Below are positions 8,217 to 18,406 of a DNA stretch of 64,000 bases, piece by piece. The DNA lies in assembly GCA_964360585.1 (NCBI GenBank), contig CAYHXC010000002.1, positions 5,641 to 69,640 of the forward strand, written 5' to 3'. The DNA comes from an uncultured Candidatus Saccharibacteria bacterium. GTDB lineage: Bacteria; Patescibacteriota; Minisyncoccia; UBA6257; 2-01-FULL-56-20. The position numbers and the translations under genes were made by a program. How positions within the stretch are numbered: the stretch's first letter is position 1; the number at the start of each line of letters is the position of its first letter. The notes under the pieces were generated by a model. That model was not told the origin of the DNA. It worked only from the letters and a program-made list of their open reading frames with translations, and did not search any database.

Positions 8217-10259
8217 TTACTGGGTCTTCAGATTAAAACACGCCCGAAATATGTCTAAAGATTCCCCAGGTTTTTGGAGACAGCGGATTCCTTGCTTCGC
8301 ATAACCATTCTTTAAAGAAAACGAGAGGGCGTTGGTAAAAGATTTCTCCGCTCCACTTCGGTCTCCTATGCCAACGTGAGCCAGTCCTAAACGCACCCAC
8401 AGATCGGCCACATCTTTGCGATTCTCATCTTTATACGGATTAATCCAAGCGATTGATCGAAAGGCCTCCGGTGTGTGCTCGACTACGATTGGCTCGAGAA
8501 AATCAATGATGGCTTGGTAGTTCTTTTCTTCAAGATATAGATTGGAAAGCTCGCGGTAGGCAGAAAAAAGCATGAAATGGTCGTGGTCCGTGGCGGTCAT
8601 AAAATCAGTTTCAGCTGCCGCCAAATCTCCCTCCAACTTACGAGCCTGTCCGCGTAGATAGAAAAGATAGGGATCCTTCGGTCGTGTCCTCAAGGCTTCC
8701 GTAATTTCTTGGAACGCCCGCAATCGATACAGAACTCTCTCTTTTTCATCTGGCACGCCAGAGGCCAGCCGCAGAGAAAGAATAGCCAAGTCGCGGTGGT
8801 AGAGCGGATTCCCGGCATCGCTCCGCACAGCCGCGTCGTACTTTTCGTAGGCCGCACGCATATCACCTTCCGCCAGCGCCATTGAAGCCTCGGTAAAATG
8901 AGCTTCGGCAAGAACACTCATACATCCAAAAATGAGCGCGATGAAACTGAAAACGATCACGAAAAGATTGAAGATAAACGAAAACTGCGTTTTATCTTTT
9001 TTATTTTCCGAGGAAAGATAGAGACGTAACACAATTCCAGCAACAATAAAGAAAAGGAAAACATCGGCCGGAAATATCCAGTCGGCATTAACCATGTTTT
9101 GAAATACGAGAGCCAGAAAACTGCCGACGACCACGTAGAGCATCTGTTCTTCGTGAAGTGAATGATGATTTCTGTTTTTTGTTACCGAAAAAACCATCAC
9201 GAGCAAAGCCGCGAGGAAAAGAACCAGGACCACTCCTCCAAAAATCCCTAACTCCACGAACCCGCGAGCGAGAATATTGTGCGGATCGGTGGTATAGAAC
9301 GTCAGACGATCACGGTACTCGGTCATGGCATCGCCGAAACTGCCCCAACCGACACCGAAGAGTGGACTATACGAAAATATGCGCGCTGACTGATAGAGAT
9401 ACTCAAGGCGGGCAGTCAGTCCGTTTTCCGAAGCGCTTTCCTCTTTAAAAATATCGGTTGGTTGGATCACGCTCGTCCCCGAAGCAACGCTTTGGGGATG
9501 GTTCTTAAACTGAAACGCGGCCGTAGCGAGGAGAATGCTGACCGCCATCAGTAAGAAAAGCGTTGCGCTGCGCCGCCAGATTTTTGAGAACGGCCAGCGG
9601 AGCAAAAACATTGTGATAAGAAACGATCCCAGGAAAGCCAGCGCCGCGCCGCGGGCAAACGTAAAGAAGAGGGTACAAAAAAGAAAAATATTTATGGCAG
9701 CATACCACCACTTTCGGGACTGCTTCGATTCATAGAAAAGAAAACTAGTCGCAAAAAAAAGTGACGGGAGCATAAAGCCGGCAAAAGCATTTTGTTGATA
9801 GAAAACTGATCCTAAGCGAAAGAAAGGATGGGCGCCAAAAAATATGTACAAGCCATAGAGCGAGAAAAGTATCGTGCCCCACAGTAGCCAGGAGAAAAAA
9901 CGCTCAATCTTCGCGAACTCCTTGATAATCGAAGGTGTTTTTATAAATACAATAAAAGCGGAAAAGAATATAAGGAATAACCGCGCTGTGGTATACCGGT
10001 CAAACGAAAAAAATCCCGAGATAAAAATGGAAACAAGAAAGAGAATACACGAGAAAAATACTGTTTTATAAAGACGGCCTCCCAAGAAAACCTCTTCTCG
10101 AAAAAAAAGTACGAGAAGAGTCACAAGCGTAAAAATCATAGCTTGCGCCATCGGTTCCATTCCGCCCATAAAAACGGTCGGCAAAAGAATGAGGGCGACG
10201 ATGGCCACAAAACCAACGTCTTCTTTTGACCACGCCGCCCATAATTTTAAAAAATTCAT
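8217..10259 (-). CDS. O-antigen ligase family protein with C-terminal TPR repeats
   Basis: Multi-TM protein with FYQQNAFAGF, TFARGA, PLFGVGWGSF and DPHN motifs, followed by helical repeats. Confidence 0.85.
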   Translation of the reverse strand: MNFLKLWAAWSKEDVGFVAIVALILLPTVFMGGMEPMAQAMIFTLVTLLVLFFREEVFLGGRLYKTVFFSCILFLVSIFISGFFSFDRYTTARLFLIFFSAFIVFIKTPSIIKEFAKIERFFSWLLWGTILFSLYGLYIFFGAHPFFRLGSVFYQQNAFAGFMLPSLFFATSFLFYESKQSRKWWYAAINIFLFCTLFFTFARGAALAFLGSFLITMFLLRWPFSKIWRRSATLFLLMAVSILLATAAFQFKNHPQSVASGTSVIQPTDIFKEESASENGLTARLEYLYQSARIFSYSPLFGVGWGSFGDAMTEYRDRLTFYTTDPHNILARGFVELGIFGGVVLVLFLAALLVMVFSVTKNRNHHSLHEEQMLYVVVGSFLALVFQNMVNADWIFPADVFLFFIVAGIVLRLYLSSENKKDKTQFSFIFNLFVIVFSFIALIFGCMSVLAEAHFTEASMALAEGDMRAAYEKYDAAVRSDAGNPLYHRDLAILSLRLASGVPDEKERVLYRLRAFQEITEALRTRPKDPYLFYLRGQARKLEGDLAAAETDFMTATDHDHFMLFSAYRELSNLYLEEKNYQAIIDFLEPIVVEHTPEAFRSIAWINPYKDENRKDVADLWVRLGLAHVGIGDRSGAEKSFTNALSFSLKNGYAKQGIRCLQKPGESLDIFRACFNLKTQ

Positions 10260-10500
10260 CCCGTTAGAGATAGATCCCGTTTAGAAACAGATCACGATCG
10301 AATAGTTTCTTTACGATATTCCCATTATTGACTATCGACTTTCGAGACCTAGTAGTTTGTGTCATAGAAAGAGTGATCGTGGTTTCTAACGGGATAGGAA
10401 ACGGCTAGGTTTCCGTTTAGACCAAGCACCTGTGTGATTATCATATTTCATTATTATCGGAAACGGTTCTCGAATAACTTTCTGGGAAATCTCTAACGGG
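10260..10500. mobile_element. MITE-like element containing a nested second element (10276-10393)
   Basis: Outer TIR CCCGTTAGAGAT/ATCTCTAACGGG with perfect ATTCAT duplication. Inner element CCCGTTTAGAAAC/GTTTCTAACGGG is flanked by ATAGAT/ATAGGA. Confidence 0.8.
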
Positions 10501-10505
10501 ATTCA

Positions 10506-11594
10506 TTAGTACGCGCCCCGGCCCAAAATGATCGCTGGTATAGTTTTCAACATAATGACAAGATCCATGAGAAATGACTGGTGATGAATGTAGTAGAAAT
10601 CATACTCCAAGTTCTCGGAGAGCGGAATGTCTTTTCGTCCGAGAATTTGCCATAGGCCAGTAATACCCGGTTTTACTGATAATCTCATCTTTTGCCATTC
10701 ATTATGTTGTACCACTAAAAATGGCATTTCCGGCCGCGGACCGACAATACTCATCTCGCCTCGAAGCACGTTCCACAGTTGGGGCAGTTCGTCCAAACTA
10801 TACCGCCGCAGAAAACGGCCAATCCGTGTCACTCGCTCATCGCTTTCCCTTCTCGGTCCCGGAGCATAGAGCGGCGTAGACTGGTCCATTGTCCGGAACT
10901 TGTAGATAAAAAACTTTTTCCCATACTGCCCCACGCGCTCCTGTTTCAGGATTGCCCGACCCGGACCATCTTTCCGAATGAGAAGGGAGATCGCTACAAA
11001 TGCAGGCGAGAGGATAATCAATCCTCCTGCCGCCGCAACCAAATCCGCTGTTCTTTTTGAAACACGATAGAAGTGATGACTTATGCCGCCTCCTTGTAAT
11101 CCCTCGACAAGATCCAGTTCACGCGACGCATCCACTGTGCGCTCTATAAAACTCCTGGCATTTTGAAAAACCTCCTCACTCTCTTCTCGCTGAACTGACT
11201 GCGGCAGGAAACGAACAACAAACAATCTCCAGAAAAATGGCAGCACTATGCCGGGAACTAAAGCGTAGATGAGAAGTACGCGGGAGTAATTCGCCTGGGC
11301 CACAAAAGAGAAAACAATCACGCCAAAACTCCACCAGGAAAGCGCGCGAATGTAATCGGTAAGATGAGAAAGAGAAAACTGCGGCCGTTTTCTACCATAT
11401 AAATTGAAGATGGAAAATATTCCCAAAAAAGAAATGAGGTAAAAATAGAGGAAAGGAAAATAAAAGGAAAAATCTTGGAGCGGCGGAAAAAATGGCGTTC
11501 GCTTGCGAAGAGCGAACACAAACATGAAGCCGATAACCAGAAGAACACCGTCTCCGACCACAAAAAACAGTTGACGAAGTTTATTTCGCTTCAT
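10506..11594 (-). CDS. sugar transferase (WcaJ/WbaP-like polyprenyl-phosphate glycosylphosphotransferase)
   Basis: [31 protein letters not shown] and KPGITGLWQ motifs. Confidence 0.92.
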   Translation of the reverse strand: MKRNKLRQLFFVVGDGVLLVIGFMFVFALRKRTPFFPPLQDFSFYFPFLYFYLISFLGIFSIFNLYGRKRPQFSLSHLTDYIRALSWWSFGVIVFSFVAQANYSRVLLIYALVPGIVLPFFWRLFVVRFLPQSVQREESEEVFQNARSFIERTVDASRELDLVEGLQGGGISHHFYRVSKRTADLVAAAGGLIILSPAFVAISLLIRKDGPGRAILKQERVGQYGKKFFIYKFRTMDQSTPLYAPGPRRESDERVTRIGRFLRRYSLDELPQLWNVLRGEMSIVGPRPEMPFLVVQHNEWQKMRLSVKPGITGLWQILGRKDIPLSENLEYDFYYIHHQSFLMDLVIMLKTIPAIILGRGAY

Positions 11595-12394
11595 GCCAAT
11601 GTTTTTTTAATTAAAAATCGTATCGCGCTTTTCAGATGCGACCATTTTAATGGATTGAAAAAACTTTTGTTTGCGCTTAACCGCTGATAATAATGGACGA
11701 CTTCCGCTTCTGGATAATAGACATTTTTCAAACCAGTCTTCTTGATCCTCCAGGCAAAATCAACATCTTCGTAATTATAGAAATACTGTTCATCAAAGCC
11801 ATGCAGCTGTTCGAAAACATTTCGCCGTAACATCCAGCAAGCCGACATAGTCCAATCTACCTCTCGAATATCATTGTGATCCCAGTCAATCATAAAATAT
11901 CGCTGTAAACGCCTGAAACGACTTGTGTTTCTGAGGGTCTCAATATCTCCATCCCACACTAAACGAAAAAAGAAAATGAGAAGGTTAGGAAAAAATCGAG
12001 AAGAATATTGCAATCGATGATCTGGATAGAGAAGGCGAGGAGAAAGAGTACCGATCTGTTGGTGATTCTGGAGATACTCTAAAAGCTTCAAAATGCTCTG
12101 CTCCAAAACCTCAGTATCGCAATCCAAAAACAAGAGATAATCGCCTCGAGCTTTTTCCACTCCCCTATTGCGGGCAAAAGCGGCACCGCGATTTTTCTGA
12201 TTCTCAATAAGAGTAACCTGTGGAAATTGTGCTTTGATCAACTCCCGACTGCCATCAGTTGAGGCATTGTCCACGATGATAATCTCGTGCGAAATACCAT
12301 CAAGATTTTTTGCCAACGATTTGAGATTCGGACTTAAAAATTTTTTTTCATTCGTGCAAACAATAATGATAGAGAGGTCGAGAGAATGTTCCAT
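11591..12394 (-). CDS. glycosyltransferase family 2
   Basis: IIVDNASTDGS, FLDCD and FDEQYFYNYEDVD motifs. Confidence 0.9.
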   Translation of the reverse strand: MEHSLDLSIIIVCTNEKKFLSPNLKSLAKNLDGISHEIIIVDNASTDGSRELIKAQFPQVTLIENQKNRGAAFARNRGVEKARGDYLLFLDCDTEVLEQSILKLLEYLQNHQQIGTLSPRLLYPDHRLQYSSRFFPNLLIFFFRLVWDGDIETLRNTSRFRRLQRYFMIDWDHNDIREVDWTMSACWMLRRNVFEQLHGFDEQYFYNYEDVDFAWRIKKTGLKNVYYPEAEVVHYYQRLSANKSFFNPLKWSHLKSAIRFLIKKTLA

Positions 12395-12398
12395 AGTC

Positions 12399-14468
12399 TT
12401 AGGTACGTGAACTGAACTTTTTAAAAATAAAGAAGGATCTCCACAAACTTCTGATACGACGATATATGCGGAGAGCTATCACATAACCTCGATCGTAGAT
12501 GCGACCGATCGAAGGAACCCTATACAATCCGTTTATCATTCGATACGTTGCGTTTCTCGCACGTGCCAACCGAGGATAACGAATTGCCAACCGGCCAGCG
12601 AACCACTCTACTTTTTGTAAGGGCAAGGCGGAAAAATAATCTTCGAAAAGAGCGCCTTCTAAGATACGCGCATCTTGCGGGTCGGTGTAGTTAGCAAAAA
12701 GAAATATCGATTTCATGAGCGCGTTAGGATCGGGATGAATATTGGAAAGCTGATTTTGGAACAATCGAGAAAAATCTTTAGCAAAAGCGATAGCGCCCGC
12801 ATGCACTGCTTCGGCCACCACCCCTTCTTTGCCGCCTTTTAGAGGATAAAAGGTAGGTCGCACCTCGCCTGCCGCATTACACTCATATCCTTTGACACTA
12901 CCCTGGTCCGTAATAAAGAAGGTTTCGAATAGTTTGTGATGGCGGAAAAATCTTTTCCAGTCCCGATCCAGCACTCGAGTGCCACGATAGCGTTCGCCGT
13001 AAAAACCACGAATAGTGATGCCAAACTCATCGGCTAGACCAAAAATTTCTTTTCCGGCTATGAGAAAATAAAGATCGATAGTATAGTTTTCAGATAAAAG
13101 TAAAATATTGCGCGGCGTCTGTCCATGATAGCCAATATCGACGAAACCGATGCGTTGGGTCTTCTCCCCTGCCGAAGGAATAATCACCCCTTCTTGTTTC
13201 AGGTAGTCGATTAACAAGGTTCGCTCCTCTCTGGCTTTGGCTAAAATACGAGGCGAAAGCACATGGAGAACTCTTTGAAATTGATGACAATTTTTAAAAT
13301 TAATTTTACTTTCCAAGCCCTCATTAAAGCCGTACTGTCGAGCCAGAGCATCATCACCTGCTTCAAGCGCGATACCGATCCGATCGCAGATCCACTCCTC
13401 GATCGTAGTCTCAAACCACACTACGCCGAATTTATACCGCATATCATCGAACGAACGGATTGGGGCCAAAGCTGTCGCCTTTCGTGAAACATAGAGATAA
13501 CGAGTCTGTGGTGGATTTTCGAAATAGGGAGCGATGATTTCATAGATCTGTCGCATGATCCAGCCATCACGAGATAAAAAATAGAGAACTTTTTTATCAG
13601 TGGTGTTCTCGAGGAGTTGAACGGTAAACGCCGTTAAAAGCGGTCCAAACCAGGAGTAACCGAGCGTATAGGGATCGCCCCGAAATAAAGACTGTTCGTC
13701 ATAGGAAAAATCAGAGGCATTGCGATCAAAAAAAGTGTTGGCCGTTACTCCTAAAACCGCGCTCAGGCCCGGTTCGGCTACTTCGTCTTCTCTCCACAAA
13801 AAACGGTTTGTTCGGTTTCTGAAAAATGTTTCGGAATTTTTTTCTACTTTGAATGTCCCTATGCCGCACGCTTTGGCTGGGGCAATATCATACTCTTCAC
13901 TATCGCCAATGTGCAGCAACTCCCACGGCTGAAGCTTAAGGTCATTGAGCACAGCGCGAAACATCGAGCCGTTATATTTCACCTCCCGCCTTCTTGAAGA
14001 AACATACACCACTTCAAATTCATACCCGAGATTAAAAAGAATATCTCGAATAAAATCTTCTTCCAAATACATATCGGAAATAGCCACCACGCGATGACCC
14101 GAAGCCTTGGCCGCGGCGTATAGTTCCTGCCCGCTTTTCTTTGCATAAATAAACTGTCGTTCTTGCTCAAGCTCCAACTGTTTCACCGCTTCGCGATGAT
14201 GGAACGGGATAGTAGAAAAATGGTCGTAGATTTCATGGATAGTAATATCTTGATACTGTGACAAGGCTATTCGCGTCTCATACTCCGCAGCCATTCTTTC
14301 TTTTCGAAAATCAATCGGTCGACGGATAATCCTTTCCACTTCGGGAGCAATAAACGCAAAAAGATCGCCTGGTTTCAAAAATGGTCGAACAAGTAAGGTG
14401 TCAAACACATCAAAAGAAATTACCTTGATTCCTTCTAGAGTTTTTAAGATTGTTTTCTGATGTGTCAT
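12399..14468 (-). CDS. HAD-superfamily hydrolase associated with glycan clusters
   Basis: SFDVFDTLL, ISDMYL, LHIGD and FLSRDG motifs. Confidence 0.85.
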   Translation of the reverse strand: MTHQKTILKTLEGIKVISFDVFDTLLVRPFLKPGDLFAFIAPEVERIIRRPIDFRKERMAAEYETRIALSQYQDITIHEIYDHFSTIPFHHREAVKQLELEQERQFIYAKKSGQELYAAAKASGHRVVAISDMYLEEDFIRDILFNLGYEFEVVYVSSRRREVKYNGSMFRAVLNDLKLQPWELLHIGDSEEYDIAPAKACGIGTFKVEKNSETFFRNRTNRFLWREDEVAEPGLSAVLGVTANTFFDRNASDFSYDEQSLFRGDPYTLGYSWFGPLLTAFTVQLLENTTDKKVLYFLSRDGWIMRQIYEIIAPYFENPPQTRYLYVSRKATALAPIRSFDDMRYKFGVVWFETTIEEWICDRIGIALEAGDDALARQYGFNEGLESKINFKNCHQFQRVLHVLSPRILAKAREERTLLIDYLKQEGVIIPSAGEKTQRIGFVDIGYHGQTPRNILLLSENYTIDLYFLIAGKEIFGLADEFGITIRGFYGERYRGTRVLDRDWKRFFRHHKLFETFFITDQGSVKGYECNAAGEVRPTFYPLKGGKEGVVAEAVHAGAIAFAKDFSRLFQNQLSNIHPDPNALMKSIFLFANYTDPQDARILEGALFEDYFSALPLQKVEWFAGRLAIRYPRLARARNATYRMINGLYRVPSIGRIYDRGYVIALRIYRRIRSLWRSFFIFKKFSSRT

Positions 14469-14472
14469 AAAA

Positions 14473-15429
14473 CTATAGATTTTTAAGAAAAGGCACTTTC
14501 AGCCGTAGTCTGTGCAAAAAAGAAAGTATTTTCCAACCACGAGAAGTGTAGATGTGCTCTAGTTCCTCTTGCTTTCCACGAAGCTCGGTACGAACATGAT
14601 CAATCTCTCGGGAAGATTCTCCTTTCAGTCTTTGGAATGCTACGCTGATATCCCGCAACTCATCCTGATCTTTCCGCAACTTATGCGTCACGTACGATAA
14701 CGTTTCGGAAGGCAGTACGCCCGAAAAATGATGAGAAGAGATATGTTCTGTTTGTTTATAAAGTTCTCGATGAAGCTCTTTTATTGCAGCTTCAATCTCA
14801 TGGCGATGTGGTTCGCCAATCTCATTCAACATCGAAGGTCGGTGTTTACGATACAAAAAAAGTGGTTCAGGGAGTAAGGCGCCAAAAATATCATTCTTCA
14901 GGAAGCGCAGCCAAAAATCCCAATCTTCATAAGCAACGAACGATTCATCATATCCTCCCACTTTTTCCCAGTCCTTTTTTCGATAAAGCGCAGTGGCAGT
15001 GATGAAGTTGCGCTTCAAAAGTTCTTTGGCATCGTACTCCTCAAACCATAAATATTCATAATCCCCAAACGTCTGGGCGGCTGTGTAAACAAAATCGAGC
15101 GAGGGATTGCGTTCCATCATCCACATACACTTTTCCAAATACGTTGGAGCCAATTTATCATCGGCATCAAGAGGCACAATATACTCACCGCGCGCTTCTC
15201 GTATCCCGGTATTTCGCGTGGCTGGCAATCCTTTATTTTCCTGAGTAATGACTCGAATCTTTGGGTGACTAATCCCAGCAATGATCCTCTTGGTTTCCAG
15301 GTCAGTTGAACCATCATCAACTACAATAATCTCAAAATCCTGATAGGTCTGTTCCAGAACACTCTGGATCGCCTCAGGGAGATAGCGACCGTAGTTGAAG
15401 CACGGTATAATAATGGAAATTTTTGACAT
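14473..15429 (-). CDS. glycosyltransferase family 2
   Basis: SIIIPCFN, VVDDGSTD, PLDADD and EDWDFWLR motifs. Confidence 0.92.
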   Translation of the reverse strand: MSKISIIIPCFNYGRYLPEAIQSVLEQTYQDFEIIVVDDGSTDLETKRIIAGISHPKIRVITQENKGLPATRNTGIREARGEYIVPLDADDKLAPTYLEKCMWMMERNPSLDFVYTAAQTFGDYEYLWFEEYDAKELLKRNFITATALYRKKDWEKVGGYDESFVAYEDWDFWLRFLKNDIFGALLPEPLFLYRKHRPSMLNEIGEPHRHEIEAAIKELHRELYKQTEHISSHHFSGVLPSETLSYVTHKLRKDQDELRDISVAFQRLKGESSREIDHVRTELRGKQEELEHIYTSRGWKILSFLHRLRLKVPFLKNL

Positions 15430-15469
15430 AGGATAACGTGCCCTATTGTTTCTAGCAGTATAAAGAAAA

Positions 15470-16423
15470 ATGCCTTCGATTCAAAATAAACCAGAAATCC
15501 TTCTGGTAGTAGATTGGCCTAACTGGGCCCTAGATTCCAATGTAGAAGGAATGCGACCTTACTTGGAAGATGTGTTTACACTAACAAAAAAATACCAGGC
15601 TGAGATCAGAGAAGAAGACGTCCGAAAGGCAACCATCGTGGTTATTTTCTACTTTCAACAGTTATCGGCATTGCCCATTCTTCAGAACTATCGGGAGAAA
15701 ATTCTTTTGGGTATTTGCTCTCACGTGGAACTGGCTGGTCCTGACAGAGAAAGGAAAATCGATACCATCAATACTGTGGTCTCAGGTGTTTTCGTAATCA
15801 GCAAACTTTTAGAGCGGGAATTTGAACACACATTTACAAAACCACTTTTCTATACTCCTATGGGAGTAAACACCAAATTCTTTTTCCCTAAAAATAGATT
15901 GAAAAGGGGGATAACAAGTTTTACCCATAAAAGAAAACTTCGCGTTGGCTGGGCCGGTAGCATTTCAAATCACGGGGACACGTTACGAGGACTAAGCGAT
16001 TATATCATTCCTGCTATACAGGGATTAAAAAACGTCGAGCTTAAAATTGCCGCGCGCGAAGAAAGATGGAGATCATCTGAAGAAATGCGGAATTATTATC
16101 ATTCTTTGGACGCATATATTTGCGCGAGCAAATCAGAAGGGACTCCTAACCCTTGTCTCGAGGCTGCTGCTACGGGAGTTCCAATCATAACAACTCGAGT
16201 GGGCAACATGCCTGAATTTATTCAAGATGGGATTAACGGTTTCTTTATAACTAGGAGCGTGGAAGATATCCGACACAAATTGACTCTCCTACAAACTCAT
16301 CGACTCAAACGAATAGTGATGAGTTATGCCGCAACCCAAGGAAGCCATTCGTGGGACTGGGAGCGTCAAGCAGAAAACTACCGTGCTATGTTTGAGGCCT
16401 TGCTCAAAAAAAGAATCTCCTAA
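15470..16423 (+). CDS. glycosyltransferase family 4
   Basis: SKSEGTPNPCLEAAATGVPIITTRVG motif. Confidence 0.88.
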   Translation: MPSIQNKPEILLVVDWPNWALDSNVEGMRPYLEDVFTLTKKYQAEIREEDVRKATIVVIFYFQQLSALPILQNYREKILLGICSHVELAGPDRERKIDTINTVVSGVFVISKLLEREFEHTFTKPLFYTPMGVNTKFFFPKNRLKRGITSFTHKRKLRVGWAGSISNHGDTLRGLSDYIIPAIQGLKNVELKIAAREERWRSSEEMRNYYHSLDAYICASKSEGTPNPCLEAAATGVPIITTRVGNMPEFIQDGINGFFITRSVEDIRHKLTLLQTHRLKRIVMSYAATQGSHSWDWERQAENYRAMFEALLKKRIS

Positions 16424-16434
16424 GTCCCGGAGGA

Positions 16435-17634
16435 TCATGCTGTCTTATTCTCCTCTAAATACCAATCGGACGTAAGATAACATATCCCTCCTCCATCCCG
16501 CACATCACTCGTCACAGAAAAGTTAATTGGGGAGCGAAGCTTATGATAGGGATCGCCCACGAAAGCTGCTGGCCAAATTCTCACTTGAAGAGCATACTCC
16601 CCGCCAAGCAAGTTGAGTGTCTGAGAAATGAAAGATATTCTGCCATTCCCTTTTACCCTGCCCAACTTTATCCCATGACGTTCTGTATTGTCTCCGCTAC
16701 AGAGAACTCCTTCAGCATTATAAATATTTACTTGAAAAACTGGGTCAATGACTTCCTCTTTGGTCACATAGTCTAAAATGACTCGCAATGAATCACCCCT
16801 CTGAAAATTCCATCGCTCTTTTTGATTCTCATCCACAAGGCGCACTTTCTGGATAGTAATTGGCCCAGCGCCTTCCTCAACGTCATAGTCGGTTTTTTGA
16901 TATTGATATGAATCTCGGTAGAGACTAATAACATCCTTGGTAGCTCCGATGGCAACTATCCTACCTTCTTGCATCAATGCGGTACGTGAACAGAATTCTT
17001 GGACAGCTTGCAAATCATGACTCACAAACACAATGGTTTTTCCTCGTTTTTTGAGGGATCGAAAAAAGTCGTAACATTTTTTCTGAAAACCAAGATCGCC
17101 AACGGCTAGAACTTCATCGATAAGGTAGTTGTCAGTGTCCACTTGAGTAATAACAGCAAAAGCCAACCGAACTTGCATGCCCGAAGAATAGTTCTTTAAT
17201 TTCTGATCCATAAAGCGTTCCAACTCAGCGAACCGAACAATATCGTTATATTTTTTCCTAGTCTGATCTCTCGTAAGGCCCAAAAGAGCTCCACAAAGAA
17301 AAACATTTTCCCGCCCAGAAAGTTCCGGCTGAAAACCAACCCCAAGTTCTAGAAACGGCGAAATACTCCCTCGTGCTATCACTCGGCCAGAGTCAACACG
17401 AAGAATCCCGGCAATAATCTTCAGCAAGGTCGACTTACCACTACCGTTAGCGCCAATGACTCCCAGAAACTCTCCCTCAGCAACTTCCAAAGAAAGATTG
17501 TCGATAGCTTTGAAAATTTCGAATGCTTGAGGACGAAAGATACGAATAAAACGCTCCCGCAATGTATTTATGCGTTCGTGGGGAATAACAAACTTCTTGT
17601 TTATCCCACTAACCTGAATAGTATATTCCTCCAT
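16435..17634 (-). CDS. wzt: polysaccharide ABC exporter ATP-binding subunit with C-terminal carbohydrate-binding domain
   Basis: GANGSGKST, YSSGMQVRLAF and DEVLAVGD motifs. Confidence 0.9.
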   Translation of the reverse strand: MEEYTIQVSGINKKFVIPHERINTLRERFIRIFRPQAFEIFKAIDNLSLEVAEGEFLGVIGANGSGKSTLLKIIAGILRVDSGRVIARGSISPFLELGVGFQPELSGRENVFLCGALLGLTRDQTRKKYNDIVRFAELERFMDQKLKNYSSGMQVRLAFAVITQVDTDNYLIDEVLAVGDLGFQKKCYDFFRSLKKRGKTIVFVSHDLQAVQEFCSRTALMQEGRIVAIGATKDVISLYRDSYQYQKTDYDVEEGAGPITIQKVRLVDENQKERWNFQRGDSLRVILDYVTKEEVIDPVFQVNIYNAEGVLCSGDNTERHGIKLGRVKGNGRISFISQTLNLLGGEYALQVRIWPAAFVGDPYHKLRSPINFSVTSDVRDGGGICYLTSDWYLEENKTA

Positions 17635-17636
17635 AG

Positions 17637-18404
17637 TTAGAGTTCCTCAGCAAAATAGGGTTCCTGCCTCTTAAAAATAAGATAGCCAAAAATGAGAATA
17701 GGAGTGGATATTCCTAATAACAAGGCCGCCTCAGATATCGTTAAGACTCTTCCAGAAATTATTATATCCCGAGCGGAGTTAATAATATGAGCCATCGGAT
17801 TGGCAAAAACGAATATGTGATAGCGTGTTGGCACCATATCAATTGAGTAAATGATTGGAGTAAACCAGAAACCAACTTGAAGCAGAAGTTCCCATATATG
17901 AGCAATATCTTTAAATCGGGCGTACAGAGCTACCAAGAGAAATCCCATACCTAAAGATAGGCAGTAAAGGGAAAAAACTGGGATCAATAACAAAAATGTG
18001 CCCGGAGGGAGTGTCTCCCCCGAAAAGAAGAGAAAGGCTACAAAAATTATAAAATTCAGAAAAAAGTTAAAAAAAGCTACGAAGGTAGAGGAAACTATAA
18101 TAGCACTCCGAGGAAAATTAATTATTTTAATGAGTCCTGCCTTGCCGATGAGAGACGAGATCGATGAAGTAGTACCTTCTACAAAAAAATTCCACAAAAT
18201 AATTCCAAGAAGAAGATAGAGTGGATAATGAGCAATATCGAAACGAGCAAACTTTGAGAACACCAGATATAACACAGAAAACATAAGCAATGGTCTTAAG
18301 AATGCCCAGAAAATACCGAGGACAGAACCCTGATATCGTAATTTAAAATCAGTCTTGGTAAATTCCCTGAGGAGATTAAAATAATAATTCACGAGATATT
18401 TCAA
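17637..18404 (-). CDS. wzm: polysaccharide ABC exporter permease
   Basis: DFKLRYQGSVLGIFW and TPIIY motifs, adjacent to wzt. Confidence 0.9.
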   Translation of the reverse strand: MKYLVNYYFNLLREFTKTDFKLRYQGSVLGIFWAFLRPLLMFSVLYLVFSKFARFDIAHYPLYLLLGIILWNFFVEGTTSSISSLIGKAGLIKIINFPRSAIIVSSTFVAFFNFFLNFIIFVAFLFFSGETLPPGTFLLLIPVFSLYCLSLGMGFLLVALYARFKDIAHIWELLLQVGFWFTPIIYSIDMVPTRYHIFVFANPMAHIINSARDIIISGRVLTISEAALLLGISTPILIFGYLIFKRQEPYFAEEL

Positions 18405-18406
18405 TA

